Below are positions 1 to 12,655 of a stretch of 64,000 bases of DNA, in pieces. The first letter of the stretch is position 1, and every line of letters starts with the position of its first letter. This DNA comes from Sphyrna mokarran (Eukaryota): positions 92,814,001 through 92,878,000 of the forward strand of contig JAGIQG010000002.1 of NCBI GenBank assembly GCA_024679065.1, read 5' to 3'. The position numbers and the translations under genes were made by a program. The notes beneath the pieces were generated by a model. It was given only the letters and a program-made list of their open reading frames with translations, did not search any database and was not told the DNA's origin.

Positions 1-1285
1 TATATCTACACCCATAAAAAGTGCTGCTTAAGAAATCTTGGTGAGCTCCTGCAGTGCATCTTGTGAAAGACATACACTGCTGTCATTGATCATCAGTGGT
101 GGAAGCTGTCAATCAAGCAAACAGCTTTACCCTAGATGGTGTCAAACTTCTTGAGTGTTGTTGGAGCAGCACTCATTCAGATAAATGGAGAATATTCCAT
201 TACACTTTTGACTTGTGCCTTGTAAATGTGGATAGTTTTGAGGAGTCATGAGGTGAGCTACTAGCCACAGGATTGTTAGCGTCTGCCTGCTCTTATGTTC
301 ACAGTATTTATAGAGCGAATGCAGTTCAGCTTTTGGACAATGGTAACCCCCAGGATGTTGATAATAGGAATTTCAGTGATGGTAATGTCATTGAATATCA
401 GGGGATAATGTTTACATTCTCTCTTGTTGGAGATGGTCATTGCCTAGCACTTGTGTGGCGTGAATATTAGTTTCCATTTGTCAGCCCAGATCTGGATAAT
501 GTCCAGTTTTTGCACCATTTTGATATGAACTGCTTCAGTACCTGAGGAGTTGCAGATAGGGCTAAACATTTTGCAGTCATCTGAGAACATCCCCATTTCT
601 GACCTTTTGGCAGGAAGATTATTGATGTAAATGTTGAAGATGGTAGAGCCCAGGACTCCCGCAGTGTTGTCCTGGAACTGAGATATTTAACCTCCAAAAA
701 CCACATTTGTTTTCCTTTGTGCCAGGTATACTTCAATCAGTAAACGGTTTTCCCTGATTCCCACTGACTCCACTTTTGCCAAGTCAATACTCAGTCAAAT
801 GCTGTCATGATGTTAAGGGCAGTCATTGCCCCCTCACTTCCGGAGTTCAGCTCCTTTTTCCATGTTTGAACAAATGCTATAATAAGGTCAGGAGCTGAGG
901 GACCCTGGTGAAAGTTCTGGAGCACCACTGCTGCGAATGTTATCAGGTCTCATAGCCTTTGCAATATCTGGTGCCTTCAGTCATTTCTGGCTATCCTGTG
1001 CAGTGAATAAAATTGAATGAAGTCTGGCATCAGGATGTTGGGGACATCCAGAGATTATTTTGGCTGTATTCACAGCAATATTCAATGTGCTGGTCTCACC
1101 CATCATTGAGATTGGGAATATTTGGGGAATTTTCTCTTCCAGTGAGTTGTTTAATTGTCCATCATCATTACAACTGTATCTGATACTTTGTTGTGGAATC
1201 ATTTAGCTCTCTGTCTCTTGCTGTTTGGTGTGTAAATAGTCCTACGTTGTAGCTTCACCAGTTTGGCATCACATTTTTAGGCATA
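1..1285 (-). mobile_element. Decayed CR1-group non-LTR retrotransposon ORF2/RT fragment (LINE family B, YKAQVRS type)
   Basis: Reverse strand 135-227 reads IYKAQVKSVMEYSPFI*MSAAPTTLKKFDTI; 575-605 reads SEMGMFSDDC (RT YADD-equivalent motif). Many stops and indels. Confidence 0.85.
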
Positions 1286-1295
1286 CTTTTAAGTC

Positions 1296-1418
1296 CAAAT
1301 TTTTATTGAACTCAAATCCTACCATTTGCCATGGTGGGACTTGAACCTGGGTGTCCCGAACATTATTGTGAGTTTTTGGGCTGCTCATCCAATAACAATA
1401 CCACTGCGTCACTGTTTT
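1296..1418 (-). mobile_element. tRNA-derived SINE (SINE-B, MetaSINE-like), 5' head fragment
   Basis: Reverse strand has a B box GGTTCAAGTCCCACCATGGCAAATGG and matches the heads of the copies at 10665-10995 and 54793-55112. Confidence 0.65.
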
Positions 1419-1486
1419 CTCTTGGCTGACATAAAATCAGCATGCAGTACACCTTGTAATTTGGAAGGTAACAACCTCTGTTAGAA

Positions 1487-1795
1487 GTGGCACAATGGTT
1501 AGCGCTGCTGTCTCACAGCACCAGTTCTAGGTTCAATTCTGGCCTTAGGTGATTGTGTGGCATTTGGACGTTCTCATTTGTGTCTGCATAACTTTCCTGC
1601 AGATGTTCCAGCTTCATCCCACAGTCCAGAGATGTGCAGGTTAATTTGATTGGCCATGCTAAATTGTGCCTTAGTCGGTGGGCATTAGCAGGGTAAATGC
1701 AGGGACAGGGCTTGGGTGGGATTGTTGCCAGTGCAAGTCCGATGGGCCGAACAGCCTCCTCCTGCACTATGTAAGGATTCTGCAATTCTTCTATG
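1487..1795 (+). mobile_element. HE1-type V-SINE, near full length
   Basis: tRNA head GTGGCACAATGGTTAGCGCTGCTG..GGTTCAATTC, V core CCCACAGTCCAGAGATGTGCAGGTTA, CR1-like tail GATGGGCCGAACAGCCTCCTCCTGCACT. Confidence 0.92.
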
Positions 1796-1847
1796 TTTCT
1801 CCACTCTAAGAGGCTGGAGTATAAAAGCTACCATGATTTACTATACC

Positions 1848-1942
1848 TTTGAAGAAGGGTCACAGATTCATAACATTACTCTGTTCCTCACACCAGATGC
1901 TGCCAGAACTGTTTTATTTTTCCAGCATTTCCTGATTTTATT
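1848..1942 (+). mobile_element. Penelope-like terminal repeat fragment with decayed hammerhead core
   Basis: TGAAGAAGGGTCACAGATTCATAACATTACTCTG..CAGATGCTGCCAGAAC..TTCCAGCATTT; similar to 37821-37936 and 62581-62727. Confidence 0.6.
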
Positions 1943-1954
1943 CTAACTACAGCT

Positions 1955-2365
1955 ACACGTGCATTGGAGGCAGTTGAGAACAGGCTCATTAGGATAATTC
2001 CTAGAATGGAGCCTTTGTCTTATGAGCAAAGGTTGAGCAGCTTAGACCTGTTTTACTGGAGTTTAGAATAATAAGGGAGGATAGTAGCTAGCCAGAGGAT
2101 GCAGATTTAAGACAATTGGGAAAAGAACCAGTGGGGAGACTAAGGATTTTCTTTTTGACCTAATGAGTAGTCTGGAATACAATGCCAGGAAAGGCATTCA
2201 ATAATAACTTTCAGAAGCTACTTGAATATATGCCTGAAAAGAAATATTTACAGGGCTATGAGGGAACAACAGAAGAGGGGACTAATTGGACAGCTCTTTC
2301 AAAAAATCTGGCATGGACCCAAGGAACAGAATGTCCTTATTCTATGCTGTAAAATCCTACGATCT
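1955..2365 (+). mobile_element. CR1/HER1 LINE 3' end, internally deleted
   Basis: Reads ALEAVENRLIRIIPRMEPLSYEQRLSSLDL, matching the CR1 ALExVQRRFTRxIP..SYEERL motif, followed by a CR1 3' UTR. Confidence 0.8.
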
Positions 2366-3044
2366 CCATTCAAAAATCTGAAATAATCTTGGGGATGGAC
2401 AAGGACCATTATGGGTTATAGGGAAATGAGATTCATAATAATCTAACCCAGCATAATGTCAGCCAAGTACAATAACACCTTTGAACATGAAAGAAACAAG
2501 ACCATGCCAATAATGCCATTACCACAGAATAATTTTCTCAGTCTTTAATAACTCTGATTTTCAAATACATAAAAAGGGAATCATGCTTTTGGGCTATTTC
2601 ATTATCCATAAGGGTTTGAATTACCATATTTTCTTCAACATACTGTTATCATAACATAACTGGATCTTAAACACAGTTCAAAAGGAAGTCCCTTCCTCCA
2701 CGTTAAAATTAAATTTTTAAACCTGAAATCTGTTTTTGAAATACTAACTCTGAAACCTAATTTCATTTTTGTTTTGTTTCATAACTCAAAAGAGTTGAGA
2801 AAAGCTTAAAGCCAGGATTAGGCCCATTCCTGAAATGAACTCCAGTCTGTGTAAAAATGAATATATAAACATGAGAACACATGGTAGAAAAGTTGGACTC
2901 ATCAGTGCCTATTCATTGTGCTCAAGGCGGGGCCAAAAACTCAACAACCCCGTGCTTTCCCAACTGCCAGAAGCAGCTAACAAAACTGTCATTTAGTAGT
3001 TTTAAATTTGCTGGAATTATTGTGAAAGAGCTTGGTTTGGCACT

Positions 3045-3355
3045 ATCGTAGAATTATAAAATCTCTATAGTACAGAAGGAGGCCATTCAGCCCACTGAGC
3101 ATGTACCATCCAGACCCTATTCCCATAACCCCAAGCATTTACCCTGCTAATCCCCCTGATACTACCATCAATTTAGCACCACCAATCAACCTAACTTGCA
3201 CATCTTTGGATTATGAGAGAAAACTGGGGTACCTGGAGAAAACCCACACAGACATAGGAAGAAAGTGCAAACTTCACAGACAGTGATCCAAGGCCAGAAT
3301 TGAACTTGGGTTGCTGGCGCAGTGAGGCAGTAGTGCTAACTACTGGTCCACCATG
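3045..3355 (-). mobile_element. HE1-type V-SINE
   Basis: Reverse complement of head (GGCAGTAGTGCTAACTACTGGTCCACCATG), V core (CCTAACTTGCACATCTTTGGA) and tail (TACAGAAGGAGGCCATTCAGCCC). Confidence 0.92.
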
Positions 3356-3989
3356 GTATTAGTCCCAAATCTCTGATTTGTGACACCTGCTTTAACCATG
3401 TAGCTCAGAATGAGGCACAGCAAATTATTGTCCCCTCATTGTTACCTATTGAACAGAGGAGTTATTTTGTACTGCATTTATGTCAACTCCTTACTGTCTA
3501 GTTTTTAATGTATAATAAAATCAGCTAAACCAGAGTGCTGAACAGTATTCAAAGCCTTCTGGACCTTTGCAGCACCAATAGTCATCTTAAAGACATACTT
3601 CATTGTAGTCTTGAAACAACTCTTGTTGAATATAGATGAACAAAAACTTCTAACTTGACATTGATGGAATTAATTATTTGATCATCGTTTAAGTAAGGCC
3701 AATTTTATTTAAAAGTATCTCAGTTTTCAAGTTGAACCTTTATGGTCCATGTTTATATTTCCTGGTACACACAGAGACATTCTTTTACATGTTGCATTTT
3801 ATTTCATGTTGTTTGTCATTTAGAGTAATACTTCTAAATATTGAAGTATAATATTGTCTTTGACTACATCATTTCTCTGCTAGCCTAAAAGAATGGTGTC
3901 ACAAAAATCCACAGCATCTTTCAGGGTCCGTTTAAAGGCTTCTAATCTGGCAAAAACTGGGCACTGGATGGTTAAAAATGAGCAGGTTA

Positions 3990-4465
3990 TTTATGTGTTT
4001 AGATGGTGACCAGGATATTGCAATTAAATGAGGTAGCTGCCTATTGCAGACTCAAACATTTGCACAAATTGGGGGCACATTATGTCAATTGGAACTTACC
4101 ATTTTAACTGGGGTCTCAGGAGGTAGATCACTTGCCCGCACGACAGGAGCAGGTCTACGGACAAAAAATGCCCTTCTGACAAGTCTAACAGTTATCATTA
4201 GGGGATCAGGAGAAGCAAGGATTAATGCAACATTTCCCTTAACCCAAACTCCCCACTTTCTCTCCTGTGAGAACCTCATGGTTCCCCACCACAAAGCTGA
4301 CTTGCAATTGTCAGCCACTCTGCGCCCTTAGGTAATGGACTGGTGGTGTCAAAATGAGGCCCTGGATTTAAAATTAGCATGGACCTCCTGATGTCTCTCT
4401 TGTGTGGTAAATTAACTCACTGGAGATTACCACCAGAAACCTACTCCAAAGTAAAATCCTTCCCT
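3990..4465. mobile_element. Decayed non-autonomous DNA transposon / MITE-like repeat (probably Harbinger group)
   Basis: GC-richer island ending GTAAAATCCTTCCC, resembling the AAAATCCAGCC-type ends of other MITEs in the window. Confidence 0.35.
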
Positions 4466-5444
4466 CTGTGAATGTTATCCTGCACTGTTCCCACCAAGTG
4501 TGCTGCACTGATAAGACATTGAAGCATTAGTCCTTTTTTTAAATAAAAATCCCAGTCAGCAAAAGGTATATCAATTTTACGAGAGCATTTCAGTTCTTGA
4601 TGTCATTGGAATCCCTTGACCAGATTAAGGGATTTAAATTCAGAGTTATCCATTATTCAGTGTCACCAAACAACATCCTATGTTATTTATAACCTCCGGT
4701 AAATGACCATGCCCTCCAAATTACTATACTGTGCATAATAATTATTGAACACTTTACAGTTGCTAAAGTATAAACTTAACCCTTTAGATAATTGGCAGGT
4801 TTTGCAAAACCCTTGTCTCCCTGAACTAATCAATTTGTTTTAACACATACTGGGATGCTACAAAAGAATGATCAATATTGCTCAAATGAGTGATGTTATT
4901 ACTGTATTATTTAATACTAAACTACTCAAGTAAAATTATATTCAAACATTTAGTCATCCCCTTCCCCCTCCCATTCTTCCTACAGTATTCTCTCTGCCCT
5001 TTTCTATTTTAAGTTTATTCTTTACCAGTTCTCTTTCCAAATTTAAAATCATCCTTTGACCTTTCTTCTTCTGCTTCCCTGTTTTCATTATCCATTTTGC
5101 AAATGAGAGTAACACTTTTTATGAGGTTTTCTTTGGCTAAAGGTCTATGTGATGGTTTATTTTGTAGCCAATGCAAAGCATACTTAATGAAGATTGATCT
5201 GGTCAAAACCAATCTTGAAAATCTCGGCAAAAACAGTTTAATAGTAATAATGTGTTCAAACCCAACAGGTTATGGATAAGAACATTACTTATGATGTTCT
5301 TAAAGGTTAATTTGCATTAGCTATTTTGAAGCATATCCAATACAAATCACAAATAGACATTTGTTCAGCTGAACTGTTTTTTCACTGAATTTTCCTCTTG
5401 GTGTTCAAAAGTATTTCAATGTCTAAACCACTAAAGAAAAGATG

Positions 5445-5520
5445 AAGACTTGCATTTATGTAGCACATTTTACAATTTCAGAATGTCCCAAAAAGCTTTA
5501 AAAGCCAATGAAGTACATAC
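5445..5520 (-). mobile_element. DeuSINE (SacSINE1-like) / L2-type 3' tail
   Basis: AAGACTTGCATTTATGTAGCAC..TGTCCCAAAAAGCTTTAAAAGCCAATGAAGTAC is the reverse of the recalled DeuSINE tail CATTGGCTGTAAAGCGCTTTGGGAC..ATAAATGCAAGTCTT. Confidence 0.7.
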
Positions 5521-7039
5521 AATAGGAAGATGTAATTATTTCCAAAGGATGCGAAAGAATGAAATACAATAGTTGACAGAAAAGCAAGAGCAGAGTTTAT
5601 GGGTAATCTTTCTCCACATCCCTCAATCCATCATATTATAGCATACTGTAGCTGAGAAAGTACAGAATAATGACTCCATTCCAGCCACGGGCAATGTTCC
5701 TCTTTAATCATGAGATTAAAACTGCTTAATGTGTTTGACTTCCCTTGTAAAGTGTTCATGGTATCCATGCTGTCTATGCTATTTCTGTTTATATTGTTGA
5801 CATTGTCCACACCACTGGCTGCAGGGAATCACTACTGCTTGATTTTGTTTGAATTTTTAACATTTGATTTATAGCTGCCAGAATGTATTAAGTAATTGTT
5901 AGCCTGTGTCTTTCTTTAACAACAGTTACTGAATCCCTTTTCAGCTTCCCTCTTCAAATGAATCCTGGACAGATATAAAATGTCAGGGGCACAGTAGGAA
6001 TATCATAAATGATTTGTGACAATGTGGAGGAAATATGCTCAATGTTTTATTATTGTAATTGCGACAGCCGAGGAAAATTATATTGACCGAAAAGTCTGGA
6101 TGTCATCTTCAAGGAAGGTGGAAGCTTCATGCTTCAAATAGTACACAACAAAAATCATCTTCTGAGTGCATTCTTATATAATCTGACCTTGTCTGAAGCT
6201 TTTTTAAACAAAGCTCCATGTAGATTTGGTAAGATTGATAATGAAATGGTTCCTTCGAACAATGATACCTTGAACATTGTACACATCAGTGACCTTATAC
6301 TAGTTGGCAGTCATGTTCCTGTGATCCAATGTTCCATGTCATGAGTTGTTCATAAATTGAGATTTCTTCTTCACTTAGACTGATCATATTTTTCGCTTGT
6401 CATTATAAAGTTGCTGACCTTCTTTATTCTGTTTTGAGTTTGATATTTTAACCCTTAATTATAAGCTTACTACCTTTCTGTCATTCACCACCTTCACTAT
6501 TTTTTTTGTCTGCCAAGAGCTCTCATAATATCCAAGACGGATGAGTATCCCTTTAATGCTTTAGTGAAGTACATGCCCACTATCTAAAAGCACAGCCGTG
6601 TTTGAGTAGTCTGACCCATCTTCCTTTGCATGTGAATTTGTTATTGTCCATCTGGGACTGATGCAGCATTGAGTGAATCTGTGATTTTCATGAGTCCTGG
6701 TTTTATGTACATATTTATACTGAAATGTAGTCTTTATAGCAAAGACATTCAAAAAGTTCTTCAGCACTTAGCACATTAGTAAAGAAAATGAACCATTCAC
6801 TGGAATCATTACTGTGCCATGCTTTAGTAGTAACAAGCACTATCTACTCATTGACTATTTGGAGCATCACAAGAAATGATGACAAGAAGCCACACTGCAT
6901 CAGTTCCCTCAAATACAGAATGTATTTGAACAGTTATTTTATCCACGATATCAGATGATGCTAAATTTAACTCATGTTGCTAATTAATATTGTTAAAACT
7001 AATATTAATACCTCTTTATTTCTTAGTCTGTGGATGCCA

Positions 7040-7110
7040 CAGGATTTAGATCCTATGACGGTGAAAAAACAGCGATATTGCTCCAACTCAGAATGGTGTA
7101 TGGTTTGACG
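7040..7110 (-). mobile_element. LINE family B short fragment
   Basis: AGGATTTAGATCCTATGACGGTGAAAAAACAGCGATATTGCTCCAACTCAGAATGG aligns with 53830-53890 and 26612-26665. Confidence 0.6.
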
Positions 7111-7608
7111 GCTGCTTGACTGAGACCCATAAAGCTATTCAAGTAGTAAAACTCCTGCTTCCCAGAGGAAACATTGTTTGATAGTTCAGATTCTCTGATC
7201 TCTGCTGTTAGTTTCCCAATGATTGTTTACGCAGCTGATTTCAAGGGTTTGTGGCTTTTGTTTTTGACATGTTAAAGTGCCTGGATGATTAACACTTCTG
7301 TTAGCTTGAGGTGAAGTTCCTTTTTTTCAAACATAGGAGAAAGTTATGATGAATTACTTATTTTCAAAACTTTTTTCCAGTGCCACTATGCAGGCGCGGG
7401 TTCAAGGGTTATAAATAAGTGTCAATGCAAGTGGAGGTGTCATAATTTGGTCTCAGAGCAAGAGGTGCGACAGAGGGTGGACAAAGTGCAAGGCTTGGTA
7501 TAAGGGGCATGACAGGCCATGTGGAATGGGTGAAAGGGCAGAGCTTGGCATGTGGGCATAAGGATGACTTTTTTAACTTGCTTTTTAATAGGCCTCTTTG
7601 TCCAACTA

Positions 7609-8109
7609 GAATCACAATTCCTCAAAAACCTGGCCCAACTCCATGAACATTGCTGAGAAGGAGAATACGCCTGTCTTTGCAATGAAGCCTGCTACGAATG
7701 CCAGATTCGGGTTTTTGACAGGAACGAACCAACCCCCTTTAAAGGAACTCCTGAAAATCAGAGAGCCCAGGAATAGGGTCAGGAATGCCAGAGTCAGGAA
7801 GTGCATGCTAATTTTAAAATGCTCTCACATCCACTCAAATTGTTTAAAATTCAGGCCATAGTCTCCACATGACCACATTTTACCTTGCCTAACCATCTTT
7901 TGCCAGCTCTTTGTCCAACAATCCCTCTTTCATCTCTGAATGAAGAGTCTGATTTTTCTTTCCTTCATTCTTTCCTTCATTCTTCCCTCCCTTAGAAGCC
8001 TCTTCTTTTAACATGCTGTTTAAATGTCTCATAACTATATCTTCATACCATGTCCTCCTCCTCCGCAATGTTCATGGATTTGGGCCAGGTTTTTGAGGAA
8101 TTGTGGTTC
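7609..8109. repeat. 61-bp inverted repeat pair (7609-7669 and 8049-8109)
   Basis: Arms match at 54/61 positions by direct comparison; spacer is about 380 bp. Confidence 0.9.
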
Positions 8110-10664
8110 ATAGCCTTTGTTTATCACCACAATACTCCTAATATTTTTCCATTTCATGGTCAGGATCCTCTTTTCTACTGAGGTGTTTGCCTCCAGTTGA
8201 CAGCAGGTTAACTGTGGTAAAGCTGTGCAGTATTAAGGTGATCAAATCAGGAGGGCAAAGCCTCAACTTTGTCTTTTATTTTTAAATTTTTGATGTATGT
8301 TTTAAATGTAAGAATGCAGACAACGTTCTCTTGAGGCTCTACACTCTACATTCTGGCTCCTTTAGTTTTATTTCCATTCTGACAGGCTTGAAGTGATATT
8401 GTATGTTACAATCCTGTAATTTCAAGCAATATGACAAGAGTTCCTGGGATTGCTGTCTACTTTTTTGACTGTGACTGTGATCGATCAGCAGAAGACACAG
8501 AATGCAATGATGGTTTAAGTGAGTCTTCAAGATAGTGCAGTTGGAGAAATACCTTGTTTCAGTGTGACTAAGAATCAGGAAATTAATTATAACATAGTAA
8601 GTAAGCTAGTTGGCTGTATATAGGTATGGTTTCTACACCAAATCAATGATGTAGTCAAAGCTGTCAACATTGGATTAATGCTAAATCTGAAATGAAACAC
8701 TACACCATAAATTCAATGTGGAGACATACTCTTTTCTGTGCTGGCAGTTACTTAATCAGAGATCATGAGGCAAAGGAGCCATAACTGCCTGAAGATTGGC
8801 ATAGAATCTGTACTCTGTAATATTGCAATGCTGTCTGGGCAATGCAGAAATCACATCCTGAAATAGTTTGGAAGTGTCTTCCTTGCTGATGTTGTGCCCA
8901 TTGCCTTATTCAAAAGTCAGCACTACAGAAAGGCATTATCTGTTGCTCTGCACTCTGAGAACTGACAAGCCACTGATTATGTATCTCTTGACTGATGTGA
9001 AAAAATTGGTGAATAGTAATATTCATATTTTTGCACTCAATAAAGTCACTCCAAGATTTGTATGGTCTTCCATTGGACTAATTCCAACTTGAGCCACAGT
9101 GTAGAAATTGCCCAGCTCATGTCACATTGCATCCTTGGTGATCCATTTGGGGCCAGTGCTCAAAATGCATGGCTCCATCCAATTCCACTTCGTTGTAATA
9201 CTTCGTTGTAAATTATATGAATATTCATATCGATTTCAGCAGTGAAAACGACATTAGCTTGCAGAGACAATTGGGAAAATATAGCAGTGTGGAGGGGACG
9301 ACTTCATTTGTATGAAATTCAGCAAATAATCTGAGCTCCTTTTGAGTAAAACCTAAATAAAGAAAGACTTGTTTTGGGGCCACAACATCTTAAATGGTAC
9401 TAATCAATGATTAAAATGCTGTGGACCAGTGTCTGAGCCGCACGCGCCAAAAATTCAAACAACTTCAGAAGACCCAGCATGACAGATTTACCTTGATCTG
9501 TGGAAAGATTAACTATTTATTTTGTAGATTACATTAAGGGTTACATTAAGTCATATCCTGGCTTGTGAGTTTTGCTGCAAAGAAAATACATTTGACTGAT
9601 TAAACAATACCTTTCTCTATAGTCAGAAGGATTAAATTAACCTTACAGCCTTCACTTTTTTCGCATAATATAACAGTTTCAAAGTATTCAAAATTTTTAA
9701 AGGGCTATGGGAAGGAAAGCTCTCATCTGACTTGATTGGATTTTTACTCTACTTTATCCTGTGATCCTCAGTCAAGCTCCATGATCACCCCTCCCATCAA
9801 AGTTGTTAATTGGTGGTTTGACGGAATCTGAAATCTTAGTTTCTGATGTCTCCAGTGACTACAATCTTCAATTCACTGAAGTTAATGGAATATTTTTAAC
9901 TATTGAGTCTTTATAGTGAGTCTGAAATTACAACTGATTTTGTACTTACTTTGTTTGTACTGGTGGTGCATGTGTTCACTTTTCTGATGAATATTGCTTC
10001 ATGTGTGCATTTTCTGATGTGTAAACAGGCATTTTCTTTATTTTTTTACCAGGAAGAAATAACAGTAGAAGGCTAGGGAATTTGGGGAAAACAGAGGATA
10101 TGTAAGAATATTACAGAAACATGATGAATGAGAAAGGATTATTAATTCCAGGAATAGAGCCCAATACTTTATTAGCCTCCATGCAGCCTACAGCACTGAT
10201 TGTCAATCTTCAGAAGCTAATATTGTAAAACCTATATCTGTTGTTCTCTCAACAGACTTCAATTCGGAGTCCTACATAATATGCTTGCCATTTTCATTAC
10301 TGATCTGCATAACATTGCATTTATCTACTTTAAATGTCATCAGCCAGATTGTGGGCCCAGTCTCCAATCGCACCTACATATGGTTTGAGACACTTTTTCT
10401 CATTCAAGGTTCTAACATCAACACAAATCTTGTGTCGTTCTTGATCGATCTAATCCCTCATGTCCTTTTCAAAGCCCAGTTCATTGCAAACTTGCGTTGC
10501 TCTTTATTTTTCTTCCAATATGTAATATTTAACAATTGTCAAAACACAATTTTTAATTTGTGCAATGGGTATGTCCTGTATGTTCCTTATGCACACCCCA
10601 TTCAGTGCCAACTGTAATTTTAACACACACTTATTGCAGCCAGGTAGATTTCTTTCTCTTACTA

Positions 10665-10995
10665 TTTCGTGGGATGTGGGTGCTGGCAAAGTCAGCATTT
10701 GTTGTTCTCCCCCTGATTGCCTTTGAACTGATGGCTGATAAGTGTCAACAATTTAGTTGTGGGTCTAGAGCCACAAGTAGGCCAGACCAGTTAAAAATGG
10801 CAGATTTGTTTCCCCTAAAGGGCATGTGTGAATCAAATGGCCCTTTCATGGCCACCATACTGAGACTAGCTTTGTATTTCATGCTTTTATTAATTGAATT
10901 TAAATTTCATCAGCTACCACAGGTGGGATTTGAATCCATGTACCCATAGCATTAGGTTTGGCCTCTGGAAGATAATCCAGTGATATTACCATTCC
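10665..10995 (-). mobile_element. tRNA-derived SINE-B (MetaSINE-like), near full length, with LINE family B tail
   Basis: Reverse strand shows a head with GGATTCAAATCCCACC, core GCCCTTTAGGGGAAACAAATCTGCC..TGGTCTGGCCTAC, and tail AAATGCTGACTTTGCCAGCACCCACATCCCACGAAA. Confidence 0.75.
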
Positions 10996-11391
10996 TTGAG
11001 ATTATGAGAAAACAGGGAAAGGGAATGATGGAAATATGTGACCCCTATGATACACAATTCTATACTGCTCTTCCCCCACCCAAAATTGGCACTACCTCTC
11101 TCATCTATTTTTTTCATCTTTCATGGATTAGAAATTTTTCATGTGAACTGTTACAGACCTTCTGGAAGTTCAACCAAAGTATGATGAGGACTTTGATGAA
11201 CTACTTTTTGTTGAGTTGTCATTTGTTTCCACAAATTACATAGAGCAATTCCCACAGAACTAATTGAATCAGCAGAAAAAATCGGGGAGTTAATTATCCT
11301 GAGTTCAGCAAGCCAGTTATGTTGAGGGCAGCCCAATATTGTGCACATATAAAAGATCTAATGCATAATTGAGGTAAGCGCCCTGGATACA

Positions 11392-11693
11392 AGAACTTGA
11401 GAATCAGGAGCTTTAGTAGGCCATTTGGCCTATCAAACCTGTTCCACTATTCACTAACACTGTGGCTGATATCCTGTAGGCCCTTACTCCCAGTTTCTTA
11501 ACTGTCCCCTTGACTCCCTTGCTGATGAAACATCTGCCTAATTCAGCCTTGGACATATTCATTGACCCAGCCCACACTGCTCTCAGGAGAAAATAATTTA
11601 CAGGCTAACGGCCCTCTGAGGGATGTTTCTTCATCTCAATCTTAAAGACCCTTTGTTTTTAAATTGTGGCCCCTGGGATTATCTCAGAAGAGG
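11392..11693 (-). mobile_element. CR1 LINE 3' end
   Basis: AGGAGC..GTAGGCCATTTGGCC..TTCAGCCTTGGACATATTCATTGACCCAG..TCTTCATCTCAATCTTAAA is the reverse of a CR1 ORF2 C-terminus and 3' UTR. Confidence 0.8.
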
Positions 11694-11695
11694 AA

Positions 11696-12655
11696 ATTGG
11701 GGTCAGTTTTTGGACCTTTGCTCTTCCTGATATATATTAATGACTGAGTCTGTGGTATGCAGGACATGAATTCAAAATTTGCAGACAATACAGAAATGCT
11801 GTCAACTATGATGAGGGTTTTGAACTTCAAAAGGACATGGTAGATTGGGCAGATAAGTGGCAGCTGAAGTTGAATGCAAAGAAGTGAGAGATGATTCATT
11901 TTGGCAGGAAGAATGTGCAGAGACTTTGTAAAATAATGGAAGATATTCTAAAGGATGTGTAGGAGCAAAGGAACCTCGATGTATATGAACATAAATCATT
12001 GAAGATAGTAGGGCATAATGAGAGAGTAATTAATAAAGCATATAGTATCATTAACTTTAGTAATAGGGACATTTGAGTACAAAAGTAAAGCGACCACATT
12101 GAACTTGTATAGAACACTAGTTGCCCTCAACTGGAGTATTGCATCCAGTTCTGAATTCCATATTTGAAGAAGATGTGAAGGCATTGGAGAGATTACAAAG
12201 GAGATTCACAAGAATAATTCAACGGATAAAAAACTGTAGCTATGAGGGTAGATTGGAGAAGTTGGGATTGTTTTCCCTGGGAAACAGAAGGCTGACAGGA
12301 AACTTGATAAAGATATTCAAGATCCTGAGGTCTATGGACAGGGTAAATAGTGAGAAACTGTTCCCTCTAAATGGAACATCGGGAACCAAAGAGCATAGCT
12401 TTAAAATAATGGACAAAAGACATAATAGGGATGTGAGGCAAAGGTGGTTGGTGTCTGGAATGAACTTCCTGAACGGTGGTGGAGGCAAGTTTGATAGAGG
12501 TATTCAAATGAGAATTAGATCATTACCCGAAAGAAAAGAGTGCACAAGGTTATGTAGATAAGGCAGGGCAGTGGGACACAGAAGAATACTCTTTCAGAAA
12601 GCCAATGTAGACTCGATGGGCCAAATGGCCTCCTTCTGCACTGAGATTTCTGTGA
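11696..12655 (+). mobile_element. CR1/HER1 LINE, 5'-truncated (RT C-terminal half plus 3' UTR)
   Basis: SVFGPLLFLIYIND, SKFADNT, and ALERLQRRFTRII..YEGRLEKLGLFSL (ORF 12121-12561); tail GATGGGCCAAATGGCCTCCTTCTGCACTG is shared with HE1. Confidence 0.93.

Noticed and set aside
12121-12561. 146-aa ORF as a functional gene
   Set aside because: It is the frameshifted C-terminus of a 5'-truncated CR1 ORF2.
11392-12655. Twin-primed 5'-inverted single CR1 insertion
   Set aside because: Both halves carry their own, different 3' tails, so they are two separate CR1 insertions placed back to back.
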